A DNA stretch of 64,000 nucleotides from Marsupella aquatica. Its lineage: Eukaryota > Plantae > Marchantiophyta. The position numbers were made by a program, and so were the translations under genes. The notes beneath the pieces were generated by a model. It made no database searches and was not told the origin of the DNA. It was given only the letters and a program-made list of their open reading frames with translations. Positions 49,778 through 61,844 of this stretch are shown in pieces (position 1 is the first letter of the stretch; each line of letters opens with the position of its first letter). The stretch spans positions 7,216,234 through 7,280,233 of the forward strand of contig OZ316894.1 of NCBI GenBank assembly GCA_973895155.1, given 5' to 3'.

Positions 49778-52700
49778 GTGAGATTTCATATTCTACCTCA
49801 AGATCGTTTTAAGCTAAATACTTCTGAATTTTTACATATTGGTGTTTTTGGTCCCTCTTCTACCTCGAGATTGTCTCAAGGTAGAAGAGTTTCTTATTTT
49901 CTCTATCACACAGTTTTGTGGGATAAACTTCTACACTTGGGTTTTTTGGTTTGCTTTTGTAGTCACTTTACTTCGAGATCATCTCGAGGTAGCTACATCC
50001 AATGGTTTGGACCACGTTTTCAAAATGGGGATTTTCTTTTGAGGGGACGAGGTTTGCCTTGTATCAACGGAGTGGAAGTTGCTTGCGAGACCGTCCTCAA
50101 GGTTGATCCGGGTGACTCAGTGTGTAATGTTGATTTGGGAAGTAATCGTATTCGAGTTCTCATTGAGAAGTGCTATGAGGGATCATGGGAAATTCCTTAC
50201 CCTTTGCCGCCGATCAGGACCCTGTTTGATGCTGTCAACTCCTGCATTATTTGGGATGCCTCTTTTGCATATTTGAAGTCACAGTCAACTCCAGCAACAA
50301 CACAAATGGATGCCTCTTGTTCTACAAAGGATACGGTTCTCGGTTTTGTACCAGAAAAATCTTTGGTGGGAAGTTTGGGAGACTCGATTATATCCAGCAA
50401 TGAAGTCGAGCTCTGGATCGGCAATCAGATTGTGGCTCGTGGATTTGTATTCAAGACGAATCCCAATGAGACCTGTCACAATGAAAGACTTGGCACTTCT
50501 AGGATTAGTGTAAAAATATGTGAAGTTTTTCAAGGAAGGGAGAGGTTACCCTTTCCTCACGCTGGAGCCGATACCGTTCAGGAAGCATTTCACACTTTTG
50601 TATTCTGGACTTTAAAGGATGTTACTCGGAGGAGTTCTTCCCAGGATATACTAAACGACCTGTCCACACGGGATGTTTTTGGAAATTATAATTTCAAGGA
50701 TTATAGTTTGCGTTCTAATTGGATGACCAAGGAGGTGGAATTGTATGCTGAGGATAATCGAACCAAAGTGGGGGTTGGCATCATCACAGTTCCTTTCGAG
50801 TCACATGCAATTGATGATGAGGTTCTTGGGCCAGATCACGTTGGGGTTGCGGTCACACGCGTGATTGACCCCCTATTTTTCCCAAATATCTCCCAGGAGT
50901 GCCTGGTCTTGTTAGGTGGGCCGTCCGTTCACTTTTGCTGATATCAAGGGGTATTTTTCTTCTGGATCTCATTGAAGAGGTTTCTCCGAAACCAATTATT
51001 GATGGTCGAGATCATCTAGAGGTAGATATGAAAGGTGACACTGAGTTTTCAAAGCGCCCGTATAATTTCATCAAGAGAACGAAGGTTAACCTAGATGAAA
51101 AAAGGAAGAAGCACTTGGAGTCTCGGGCGATACTGAAAATCACAGAGGAGGAAATTGACTCCATCCAAAGAGAAGGTTGTTGTAAGTTGAAGTGTTGCCT
51201 CAACATGCCGAGAGAAGACCTACAGGCGATAAGGAGGGAATACCATGGGATGTCAAGCGACAACAAAACCAGTCACATTCTCACTCTTTTTGGCTGTAGG
51301 GAGAAGGAAGTGGAGACAAAAGGATATTTTGTTGTAAGAAGTAGACTTGTTTGCAAGGGTGCATTTATTAAAATGCATGGATTCAGCACTGCCAAGTATT
51401 ATGATTACAAAAATTAATATGAAGCAGGTTGCACCATTGGATTCCACGGAAACAAGGGTTCACACAAGACACGGGGAAGCACCTGGCACACTCGTGCTTT
51501 GTTGGAGTCCATTATAACCCAAAACAGAGAACCCATGCCGCATCTTCCCTATGGAGGGTCTCATGGTACTGACACGGTTGAGTACAGACTTCCATCTTGT
51601 TTCACGAAGAAAAAGATTTTTGAGGAGGTATACTCAAAAATGGAATTAGATGGCTACGTGAAGGTGAGTGAAAACACTATGTATAAACTCTGGAGTGAGT
51701 CCTTCATGAATTTTGACTTTCACAAGGGAAGTGCATTTCCAAAGTGTACACTTTGCACTAAGTTCAAAGATCAGTTGATGCGGGAGAAGAGAAAGAAAGA
51801 GCGTTTAGAGATTGAGGAAAGAAGAGCTCGCCATCTTCGTGAGCAAATGTCTAGGAGATATGTTTACTATGCTCATAGGGTTCTTGCGAAGAAGGATCCT
51901 GAGAACTATCTTTGCATTATACATGACAAGATGGACCAAGCCAAGACATGGATCCCTAGCTAGGTTGGTCCCCACTCCTAAATCATTGTCTGGTAGTGGT
52001 CAACCGCTCCCCATTGCACTCACTGGGATGTTGACCCATGAAAGGGATCCCGGAGTGTATGCTCACTTCAGTTTCACTGGGCTTTGGCCGGGAGATGCAG
52101 ACTTCATAGTGATTCATTGGCCAAGTGCCTTAGAGATCTGGAGGATTACAAGGGGGGAAAATCTGGAGACCTCCTTGAAGGATTATATTGGGCTGCAACG
52201 AGGCCAAATTTTCAATCTCTTTCGGACTTTGAAGCATTTCTCGCAGGTTACTTAGAACCCAAAAAAGTCTCAATTGCTAGATTTCAAGGAGCTAAAGATG
52301 ACCAAGATCTTGGGTTATCAAATGTGGTGGATGACGACTTTGGTGTTGATCCCAAGGCTACATCTACCTCTTTCAAACCATTGCCAAGGCACCTGACCTT
52401 GCAAATGGATAATTCAGGGAAAGATAACAAAACCAGTACGTGTGGCATTTTGCAGTGAGCTTGTTAGTAGAGGGGTTTTTGAAACAGTGCAGATGTCGTT
52501 TCTCATGGTTGGTCACACCCATGAGGATGTCGATGCATTGTTTTTGAAAGTATCCAACCAAGTGAAGTACAAGGAGGTTTCTACCCTCTTGGGGTTGATG
52601 GCTGAGATTTGGGAGTGTGAAAGCATTCATCCTGTCCCACGGTTGATCCAAGAGGTTGCAGCTTACAAAGAGTTTTTGAAAACTTTCAAGGTAAAAGACA

Positions 52701-53402
52701 TAGAGGGTCACTCAAAACCAATGGCATTTCTTTTCTCTATGAGAGATAATGTTCCAATATATCAATACAAAGCACATGTGAAACAATCTTGGTACCCTCC
52801 AGCCGGAAGGTCCATTTGGAGAACTGATTCCAACACCAATGCTCTCATTTTACCAAAAGGTCAACCGTTTGAAAAACCCATCTCCGGGGATGTACGAGGC
52901 AAGGTTGAAGAAATCATCCCATTCCTTAATTGCTATATTGATTTCTTGAAGAAAAATTGTAAGGATGAGACCTCTACAGCATATCGTGAGTGGTTTCTTT
53001 TGGTGAAATATTGGAAGATGGTGGTGCAAGTATTATCTGGGGAGCTTACAATTGAAGGGGAGGCAGAAATACAGTTAGCATTGACATATGAGTTATGGCC
53101 AAAAACCAACCACGGAACTGGTTACAAGGTTAATAGTACAGGAACCTCTGAACCATTGGGGGAGCCTAGTAGTAGTACACAAAATCCAGAAATGGTGGAG
53201 CTTCAGAATGAGTACCTGGAAGAGATGGATGATCAAGCTGCAACATTTGTTGGCGCTCGACACGAGCGAGAACTTGCACGTTGGATTCCTCTGCAGGACA
53301 TTCAAGAGGGTCACTTTGTATTTCTCCGTCCAGAGGATGAATGGGAAAAGAAGAATGGGAAAGAACGTTTCTGGTTGGTGAGAGCTTTGGGTGTTGTGGA
53401 CC
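49778..53402 (+). pseudogene. DDE/D-type transposase-like protein (DUF7869-like / Sola-like core) with three N-terminal Tnp1-like repeats
   Basis: F.KCTLC, IIHDKMDQ, LTLQMDNSGKDNK and FLMVGHTHEDVDALF motifs across ORFs 49778..53407. Several frameshifts. True start uncertain (homology begins near 50010). Confidence 0.75.
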
Positions 53403-55685
53403 TGTGATGCCTAGCCAGGAATCACTAGGCCAATTTAAATGATAAAATAAGGAGTAAACCCTGGAAACACATTATTATAGTAGCAAAAAGATGGAAAATA
53501 TAAAGAATTAAGGGTGGCTATGGAACCCGAGCCGAGGCTGGAAGTACAAATATCGGGGGAGAGAACATGATTAGGGTTAGGGCGTGCTAAGTGTTGGCGG
53601 CTATAGGTAACTAACAGGAAGGAAGACCAGTCAGGGAGGGGTAAGGATCGATCGCAAGGAATGGTGGCTCATTTGCAAGCACGAACTAAGCAAACGACTA
53701 TGGGAGGCCAACTACTATCCGCTGCTCAGGCAAGCACTCGGGGTGGAAGCAGATACCGACAATCAACTCAAGAAGGGTATGAGCAACGTCAATCAAGCTG
53801 CTCATTTTTGGGGATGCCATTTAGAACGGGAAACTGAGTACATTGGGACCTACGAGGATGAAGAATCGGAGAGAGCCGCTCGAGAATGGCAGGAGCTCGC
53901 TCAACTGTGGGAGCTGCAGAAGTCTGCCTTCTTAGGAGGAGAACTCATCACAGCTGAATTCTTGTGGACGCCTACTATCGACGAACTTGACGATCTTCTA
54001 TTTTGTGAAGACAGAATAGTCAGCATCCAGGAAGCCATCAACCGCTGCAACAACATACACTGGGAGTTGAAGGGTAGCACGGAGGGGTGGAGGAAGGCAA
54101 CCGTGCTAGGAGAAACATCCACGGCAACCGCTATGAAGAGGAAAGGGAACATCAATGAAGAGACCACCCCTGCGAAGAGAACAAGGTCGGCGGCACCAAG
54201 GAAGCCAGCCGAGCAAGCAGGGAGCATGAGGCAGGAAGAAGTCAAAGAAGAGGAGGTCAACCCCATCAATGTCGTTCCGACAAGAGATGATACTTGGAAA
54301 GGCTGGGCGGCGACCCTCCCCGAGGAAGTGCAATTACACTTTGCACGTGAAGAGGATGCATGCTTTACGGCTATGCAGACTCGGAAGTACCAAGGCTTCA
54401 TGGCCGGATCCGGCTTGGAAGCCTTTTGTGAAGTTACCATGGCTGGAGCCGGAGGTGCCGGATTCAGATTTATTAGAATTTGTGGGATCCTAGGAGCCCG
54501 AGTCCAATTCCACAAGGGTGCATGGGAAGGATTTCTATCTCACTCCCCGAGTAATTGCCGAAGCGTTTGGCTTGCCGATGGGCAATAAGACCAAAGTTGA
54601 TACCAGGAAGACCTTGCCTGACAAGGAGTTCCGGTCATTCCCAGGGCCATCAACAAAGAATGGCTTCTTCTGAAACACCTGCACCAACCCACACATTGGG
54701 GAGATGATCGATTTCTTGCGGGTAACCATGTATTGCAACTTGCCGAGGCCAGAGATCGGCAAGGCACAGGTTTACTTGGCGGAGAGGCCAGACCCCAGCC
54801 GGGACTACAACGAATACCTCCTCACCCAATTGAAGAAAATCTTGAAGGAGGAACAGCAGGTGATCGGCAAGGGAAGCATGTCCCGGCTTGGCTATCATAT
54901 GCCGTTGTTGTGCCGGTATGCCCGAAGTCAGATATTTGCCCCGGTACTTCCCCTACAGGCAAGAGCACCAAAGGAGGTTCCGGAACAAAGGCCGGCAACA
55001 GAGAAACCGACCCAGCCTGACAGTCCTACAATCAAGCAGGTGTTTAGGCCGAGGAAGGAAGACTTGCCGATGCAGCAACCAGGCATGCAAAATCTGCTGA
55101 AATTGCTGGAGAAGGAAAGGAGAACGACAATGGCAACGGGACCGGTACAGAATACTGCTCCCGAAGTTGGCCTAAGCCGACTTACCAGGGAAAACCCCTT
55201 TACCGGGGCCAAGGAGAGAGGGAGGCCGGAACACGAGCCGGGAGTCCGAATGTATGTAGGAGCCTCAAGTCCCAAAGCCAAGCTAAAGCAGCCCGTAGCT
55301 CTTGGTCGCAACAGAGAGAAGAAGAGATCAACCTGGAAGCCGGAGGAGGAACCACGACCCGTGATCTGTGAGGCCGTGTTCACGGCAAAACCAGGAGAGC
55401 AGTGGAGGGAGCCGGTAGTCCAAGCCGCGGAGGAGGCAGTAGAAGGCTACGACAATGATGACTCCGGCTACAAGTCGGACCATCATGTTCCAAGAGTAAG
55501 GACCTGTGGCAGGTTCATCCCCACTCTTCCAAGAGTAGTTTGAGGGGACCCCACCCAGCAAAGCAGCCCCGAATCTCCCCCACCAGATGTCGCTCCCCCG
55601 AGCTTTGACGGCATAAAATAGATGGCACAAGAGTTTCAGGAGCGACTCAGGGAGGAAGAGAGGGCAGCCCTGGCTAGGGAGAAAG

Positions 55686-57652
55686 CACTAGTACATATTT
55701 AGCTGATTTCCGATGCTCAATTTTTGCAAACAATCGGCGTCCGATTCTTTTAGAATCGGAAATTCCCATTATCACAAAATGGCAATATGCCATACTCTCG
55801 GCTTCGGATATCTTCATTTCCGATGTAATTAACAACGGAACCTTTCCGATGCGGTAAAAAATGGATCATATCCGTTACAAACTACATCGGATCCCCTAAC
55901 AAAAAATTTGATTGATATGTCCGATATTTTTTGTAATGGAAATGATGTGCGTTTCAATATTGATCGGAAAAGTTCCATAGTTGATAAGAACGGATATTAT
56001 ATCCGATTGTGGTAAAATGGCAAAGTCAGATGTTGAGAGAATGGGAAAGTCCGATGCTGAGAGAATGGGAAAGTCCGATGCTAGGAGAATGGGAAAGTCC
56101 GATGCTAGTAGAATGGGAAAGTCCGATGCTGGGAGAATGGGAAATTTTCATTTTGGCAAAATGACAAATTCCTATTGTGTTAGATGGGGCATGTAGTTGC
56201 ACCGACATACTCTTCCTAGAAAAGAGGATAAAATCATTCTTGCATGTTTGAATGACTTCATACTTGAGGCAAATGGACTTAATTGAATGTTGTTCTTGCC
56301 TCCTTCCAAGACCCCAAAATATTGTTCCCTTTTGGCAATATTTGCTCAACATGCAAAATCAAAATTTATCATCTAAAAGGAGATTGCTTGTCCCATGTAG
56401 TCTTTGTTGCAAGTCCAACAACAACATAGTTGATGAAAGATGAGACAATCGGGAGCTGCCCTTGACGCCAAGGCTTTGGAAGGACCAAAATATTAATCTT
56501 CCATAACTAATTAACTATAATGATCTCATGTCAAGTTGGATGGAGGAGGGCTTTACTATTCACGATTGACCCCAAATTTCTATTGATTGCTCCAAGGGAA
56601 TGTAAGAGGGTAATCGTAATTATAGATCACTCGATGCAAACATGCAATATCATGATAGAGCAAAATTGGGATTTATTAGTCTAATGCCACACTTTTGTGG
56701 CATAATCACTACATTGCCACTCTTTTTCTTGTATTTATCACTCTACCTCTCGTTTGAGTCATTGGTTAAGAAAAGTAACTCAAGTTAACTACCTAAGATC
56801 CGTCGTTGAGATTTCTTTTGGTCTTCCCATTGGATGGTCGTCGCTTCCCTCACGGTTACATTTTGAATCCTTAGTATAGTTTGCGGAGTCGGCTAATCCA
56901 TTTCTCCTCCCCTCCATTTCTCTATCACCATAGTCGAGGCGCATTGACTGCGTCTTTGCTCCATCCTTGCCACTATCGTTGCGTCCTCATTTCCCCGGCC
57001 CGGGCTGTGTTGTCGTTGACCCTGGCTGCCTCTAGCTTGGCTGGGGCTGCATTGTTGCATGTTTCCTGTTGGCCTCTCCAGACTCTGCCCAGCTTAGGTC
57101 CAAATTATGGGTCTTAATAAATTTAGAAGTGTATAAAATCCCTAAACACTCCAAGTCAAACAATAAAAGTGTTAAGCTTGCATGTACATTGTGAGGGATA
57201 AGAACCACAAAGTTAAGCTCATGTTGGAGGAATAGCAATTGGGATGGGTGACCACTTAGTTGAGGAATGAAGAGTTGAAATGTCAAAGGAGATGGGCACC
57301 TCGCTCATGGTTGCAAAATGAAAGTAAATATACAAAGGAAGAGATTGGTGACCTGAGCACCCCGCGTCCGCTCCAATGTGTATCCCATTTTCATTGTTTT
57401 GCTCTTTCCCATTCTCCCAGCATCGGACTTTCCCATTCTCCCAACATCAGACTTTCCCATTCTCTTAGCATTGGACTTTCCCATTCTTTCAGCATCGGAC
57501 TTTCCGATTTAAGTCCAATTGTTGATATCCGATACTTTTATCATGGCATGTTACGATGCCAGCATAATCGGATGTATGGTTTTTTCATATTTTGTTTTAC
57601 AAAGACGTCCGATGTGGAGAGAATCAGAAAAATGAGGTAAAATGTACTAGTG
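55686..57652. mobile_element. Non-autonomous CACTA derivative, 1967 bp
   Basis: CACTAGTACAT / ATGTACTAGTG ends. TSD AAG at 55683-55685 and 57653-57655. 24-bp tandem repeats at about 56020-56145, inverted at about 57403-57508. Decayed TnpD fragment (KSICLKYEVIQTCKNDFILF) on -. Confidence 0.92.
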
Positions 57653-58346
57653 AAGTTTACCAGGGGGAGAATGGCCAGAGCACATCAGGCGGCTTGTAGA
57701 AAAATGAAGCAGCCCTCCAGCCACGATAGAAGAAATCCACAAGGCGGCTTGGGAACAAAGGCAGCGATGGTTGATGCCGATGACTTCTACTCACTCCGCC
57801 TATGCTAAAGAAAGAGCCATGGAGTACGGGGAGATGTGTGGGGAACTTGCGCTCAACATCTTTAGGGAGGAGTTGGAGCAGGGACCCTTTTTCCATAGGG
57901 AGATGTTGGAGAAGCGCCGATTAGAAGAAGTGGTGGCTTTGGAGAGAAGCAAGAAGGACGAGGTCATCCGTCGGCTTAGGGCAAGGGAAGCCGAGGTAGA
58001 AGACCTAAAGGCAGCCAAGAAAGCCCAAGATGAGCTGCGGATTAAGCGGCATGAGCTAAACATCATGCAGGGACAATTGGATATCGCGCAGTCAGATAAT
58101 CAGATTATCAAGGATAAACTAACTCGGACCCAAGGAGAGTTGGCCAATGCGATCAAGGAGAAGGAGAAGTGGAAGCGAGAGCTGAGAGATGCAGAGGAGG
58201 CCCACATACCAGCCAACAACCGGGCCATGGCGGAGACCCAGAGAAGGGAGAGGGTGTTGAAGGGGAAGCTCGAGGATATCCGCGGAGCCCTTGAGCAGAA
58301 GGAGGCCGAGTTAGGGAAATCCTATCAGGCGATTATTGTGCTACGA

Positions 58347-58643
58347 CTTGGGGGTTTTACTTCCACAAAAATGACATATCACGTGCGACGAAGGATCGGG
58401 TCATTTTATTGGTTCTAAGGGAAGACTTAAGAATTTTTGTAGAAGAACAATAGGGTCTTTTAAATTCAATTTTGAGACTTATAAGAACATTAGGGTCTTT
58501 TTAATCCAATTTTTAGAATATTCCAAGAATATTCCAACTTTATAGGGGTTAAAAAATAATATATTTTTCTTACATTTTAGGGGGTCCGAGGCCTAAAAAC
58601 ATCGCAGGCGATGGGGAGGTCCCCATATAGTGAGACCCCTGAG
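58347..58643. mobile_element. MITE-like insertion, about 297 bp
   Basis: Absent from copy 1 of unit A. Flanked by the direct repeat TGCTACGA (8 bp; up to 11 bp depending on boundary). Imperfect TIRs CTTGGGGGTTTTAC / GTGAGACCCCTGAG. AT-rich. Confidence 0.75.
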
Positions 58644-60382
58644 TGCTACGACTGGAGCTTGCATCCCTAACGGCCAGCTTCAAGGCCGACCTCCATGAGA
58701 AAGACGACCAGCTCGACCAGACTTATGCCAAGATGAATAAAATGGAGTCTGAGGTCGTAACGGAGCTCGACAAGGAGCTAAGAGCAACCCAGGAGGAGAG
58801 GGCTACCTTAAAAAAGGAGCTAGAGGAAGCCCAGAGAGAGTTGGAGGAAGCCCAGAAGGAGCTGGAGGAGGCGTGCAAGGACCTGGACAAATTGCAGGAG
58901 GAGTTGGAGGAAAGCACGCGGAAGATGGAGAACTTACAGCGGCGAGCCGACAACCAAACAGAGTGGCTGAAGAAACAGGCCGCAGTATTTAAGTGCTTGG
59001 CTCCTCAAGTCCAACTCCAATAGGGGCAACCAAGTCACTTGCCAGGAGTAGTGCTGGCCGAAGGACAAGCCGAGACACTTGCACTGGTGCCGGAGGTAAG
59101 TGGCAAGGGGAAGGGACCAACTGCCGAAACAAGGAAGAAGAAAAAGGAAAAACCTTTTGGGTCAGGGAGTAACATGGCTTCTCAAGCCGTCGTGACCAAG
59201 GAGGTAAACCCGGCACCAACCTCAAGCAGGGTCACAATAGAGGATCCAACTGTCCTACAAGGCGGGGATGGCAAGGGCGAAGCCGGAATGCTCAGTGATG
59301 AGGCCGGTGTACCAAATCCACCACTAGAGCAGGTTGGGGAAGCCATAGCCATATCGGAGGCCGTGGCCGATGCTGAGGCCAAAGCCGAGGGGGGACCCAG
59401 TCAGGCCGACGGAGAGTTGACTCGGTCCGGAGCAGTTAATCTGTCAGAGGACGGACCTATGGTAGTGGCTGCGGAGGAAGTGTTGGGGGCGTCCATTGAG
59501 GATCAACCACCACTACCATGACGGTGGTACGTGGCGGACCTGGAGGGAGGAGGCGTGAGTGGGCAGGGCGGGCTCAGATCTCCAAGTTTAGAATTAGGAT
59601 CAGGACTGGGAGGCGGCCCTGACACTTAGCTTAGTGGGATTGCAGATCCACTGGTAAGAGCAATACTTGTGCTCCTACCTCGCTGTACATAGGTAGATTA
59701 CGGTCAGGTTAGATTAGGCTTACGCTGCAAGGAATTGGGCGGATCCACTGCCAGAATAAGTACCTGAGCAGCGGGGGGGTTCAGGGCCTTCTTCCTTAGC
59801 AAGTTTTTAGTGCACCAGCAGGGCTGGGATCAAGTAGTCAAAGAAGCTCTCGATTAGTTATGTTGTGGCCCTTGTGTATATTCATGTTTCCTCATACCTA
59901 AGAGATGAATAGAGTTGGCCTCACGGCTTAGTTCGTAGATCTTGTGTATGAGAAGTATTGTTTGTATGGCAAGTGCATGGTATAACTCAGTCAGAAGGAG
60001 TCATTTTGCTATTTGTGTGTCACATTAACTTGTTTGAAGATTGCCCACATCAACTAAGAAGGGAGTAAACAAGGTAGTAAGAGTTGGATGTGTCGAGTTG
60101 AGAGAGGTCTTAGCGGCTTATCCAAGCCAGTTGGGGATCATTCCGGCGGCGGAATCCAAACATACCTAAAGGAAGACCAGGAGAGGAGGACAAGGGAAGG
60201 CATAGAAGAGGCCGGCTATGTATCTCATGACCAGATGAAGGATCTGTCCAGTACATGTGTGTAAAATATTAGTAGAAGGAAGATAGCAGCGTCCCATGCC
60301 GCTAAGCCGCAAAACCTGCGGGAATCGGCTTGTGCAGGGCGGTTTCTTGGGTTCAAGGAGCCATGGGACGCACCACAAGACC

Positions 60383-60720
60383 CAAACCATGAAGTTCCTT
60401 CAGGAGACTTGCAATGCAATGAGAATTCTCCTACTAGTACACGGTATGCTCCTATGTTCCAAGTGCAATGGTGGAGGCCTAAACATGGTAAGTATGATGC
60501 ACCGGATCACGTGCGATATTCACATTGCTTTCAGACCACTAAGACTTGGGAGGTGGATCCTGGGTTTGACAGTGCCACTGAACGTTGGCAATTTGCTAAT
60601 TCTGCTATGTATGGATTCAAGTCACGCTCTAGAGAAGAAAATATAATTGATAGAGGTTTGACCATTCCCAAGAATGTTTAGAAAACACTCAAAACCTACA
60701 TGGAAGGGATTGTTGAGTAA
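60383..60720 (+). pseudogene. C-terminal end of the transposase-like gene (completes a BAH/Tudor-like beta-barrel candidate)
   Basis: In frame with ...FWLVRALGVVD after removing unit A. Contains MFQVQWWRPK. Premature TAG at 60679-60681. Confidence 0.65.
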
Positions 60721-60746
60721 GTCAAAATGTATTTTAGTAGGCACTC

Positions 60747-61844
60747 TGTAAGAGTGAGGGAGTCTATAACACGATGACCGACCAAACGAGAAGTGTGACG
60801 ACCAAACAAGAAGTGTGTTTTGATTTTTGCAAAAAACGGCAAAAAATATCTTAAATTGATATCAAAAACACAAATTCTTAGATGAATGCAAAATTGGATC
60901 CAACATCCGATTCCAAATTGAGATACTTTTTGACAAAAAATGGAAAATCATTAAAAATTTTGATTTTAGAACAATTGATCCCAAAAATATTTGTCAAACA
61001 GAAAACCCATAAAACAATGATTTTCAAGTCCTATTTCCGCGCGCTTAATCAATTCGCCCGGAAAAGCTTCAATAACACAAATCTCCATTTGACAAGCAAA
61101 TCATTCAAACCAAAATGGGATACGCCGTATCCCATTTCAGATTCATCCGTGGAAAATCAAACAAAAACACGCTAAGTTGATCATTTGGGGCCTTAAGTTA
61201 CCATACCGAGTAAACTAGATTTGAATATTTACCAAAGGTAAAATGACGTACTGCATAAACTTTACTAGCAACCACGGTCGACAAATGCAGTCAGTTAAGT
61301 TAGCCCAAGCAGATGGTTGGACATACTGTAGACCATTTATTTCCCAACCGCCACCCTCCATCTAACAAATTAGAGATATGAATACCAACAGGGATCCATG
61401 GATCCCATTTTATTTCCCAAGTCCAAAAAGAGCTCAGCCAAAAGTCTGGGTGAATACGAAATGGGATCCACGGATCCCATTCGGTATTCACCCTTCCAAA
61501 TTTGCCCTTGTCGAACCCCCGCGTCACTAAATCAATGTTTGAATACCAATCGGGATCCATGGATCCCATTGTCCGATCCAACTCAAGAAACAAACAATTT
61601 TGGAATACTCTTTTCTCTCAAAGATCAATTTTGTTCACATTTAAAAATTTGTACGGACCAATGAATGGAAGCCACGTGGACATCTTCCCAAAAACTATAT
61701 AAGAACAAGCTCGCATGTGATTCCGTCTTCATTTTTAGCGACTCATTTTAGGTTCTCAAATATTGAGTCTCTATTTTCCTAGATTGGAGTCACTGGAACG
61801 TTCCACTCCCCATAGGAATCCTTACTCCTATAGAACCTTGATAC
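60747..61844. repeat. Unclassified repeat-like (possibly LTR) segment with three GGGATCCA(T/C)GGATCCC palindromes
   Basis: Begins TGTAAGAG. 21-bp tandem duplication at about 60779-60817. Palindromes near 61391, 61463 and 61552. CTATATAAG near 61695. Other end not in window. Confidence 0.3.

Larger units (their letters stand above)
53520..59625 (+). pseudogene. Unit A long ORF, copy 2, fragmented by stops, frameshifts and two insertions
   Basis: ORFs 53743..54588, 54704..55543, 57771..58418, 58643..59023 and 59039..59521 are colinear with copy 1. Confidence 0.65.
53403..60377 (+). mobile_element. TG..CA solo-LTR-like unit A, copy 2 (about 4.7 kb without nested elements)
   Basis: TGTGATGCCTAGCC...GGGACGCACCACA is the reverse-complement homologue of 18610-30211. 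TSD ggacc/agacc (4/5). Removal restores GVVD-PNHEV. Confidence 0.9.
7827..60720. mobile_element. Large DNA-transposon-like element, copy 2 (about 10.5 kb after removing nested insertions; termini not found)
   Basis: Pieces 7827-9400, 33886-35930, 46815-53402 and 60383-60720 rejoin across TSDs (gactc/gtctc, att/att, ggacc/agacc). The same palindrome occurs in the first three pieces. The first join is the weakest. Confidence 0.6.
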
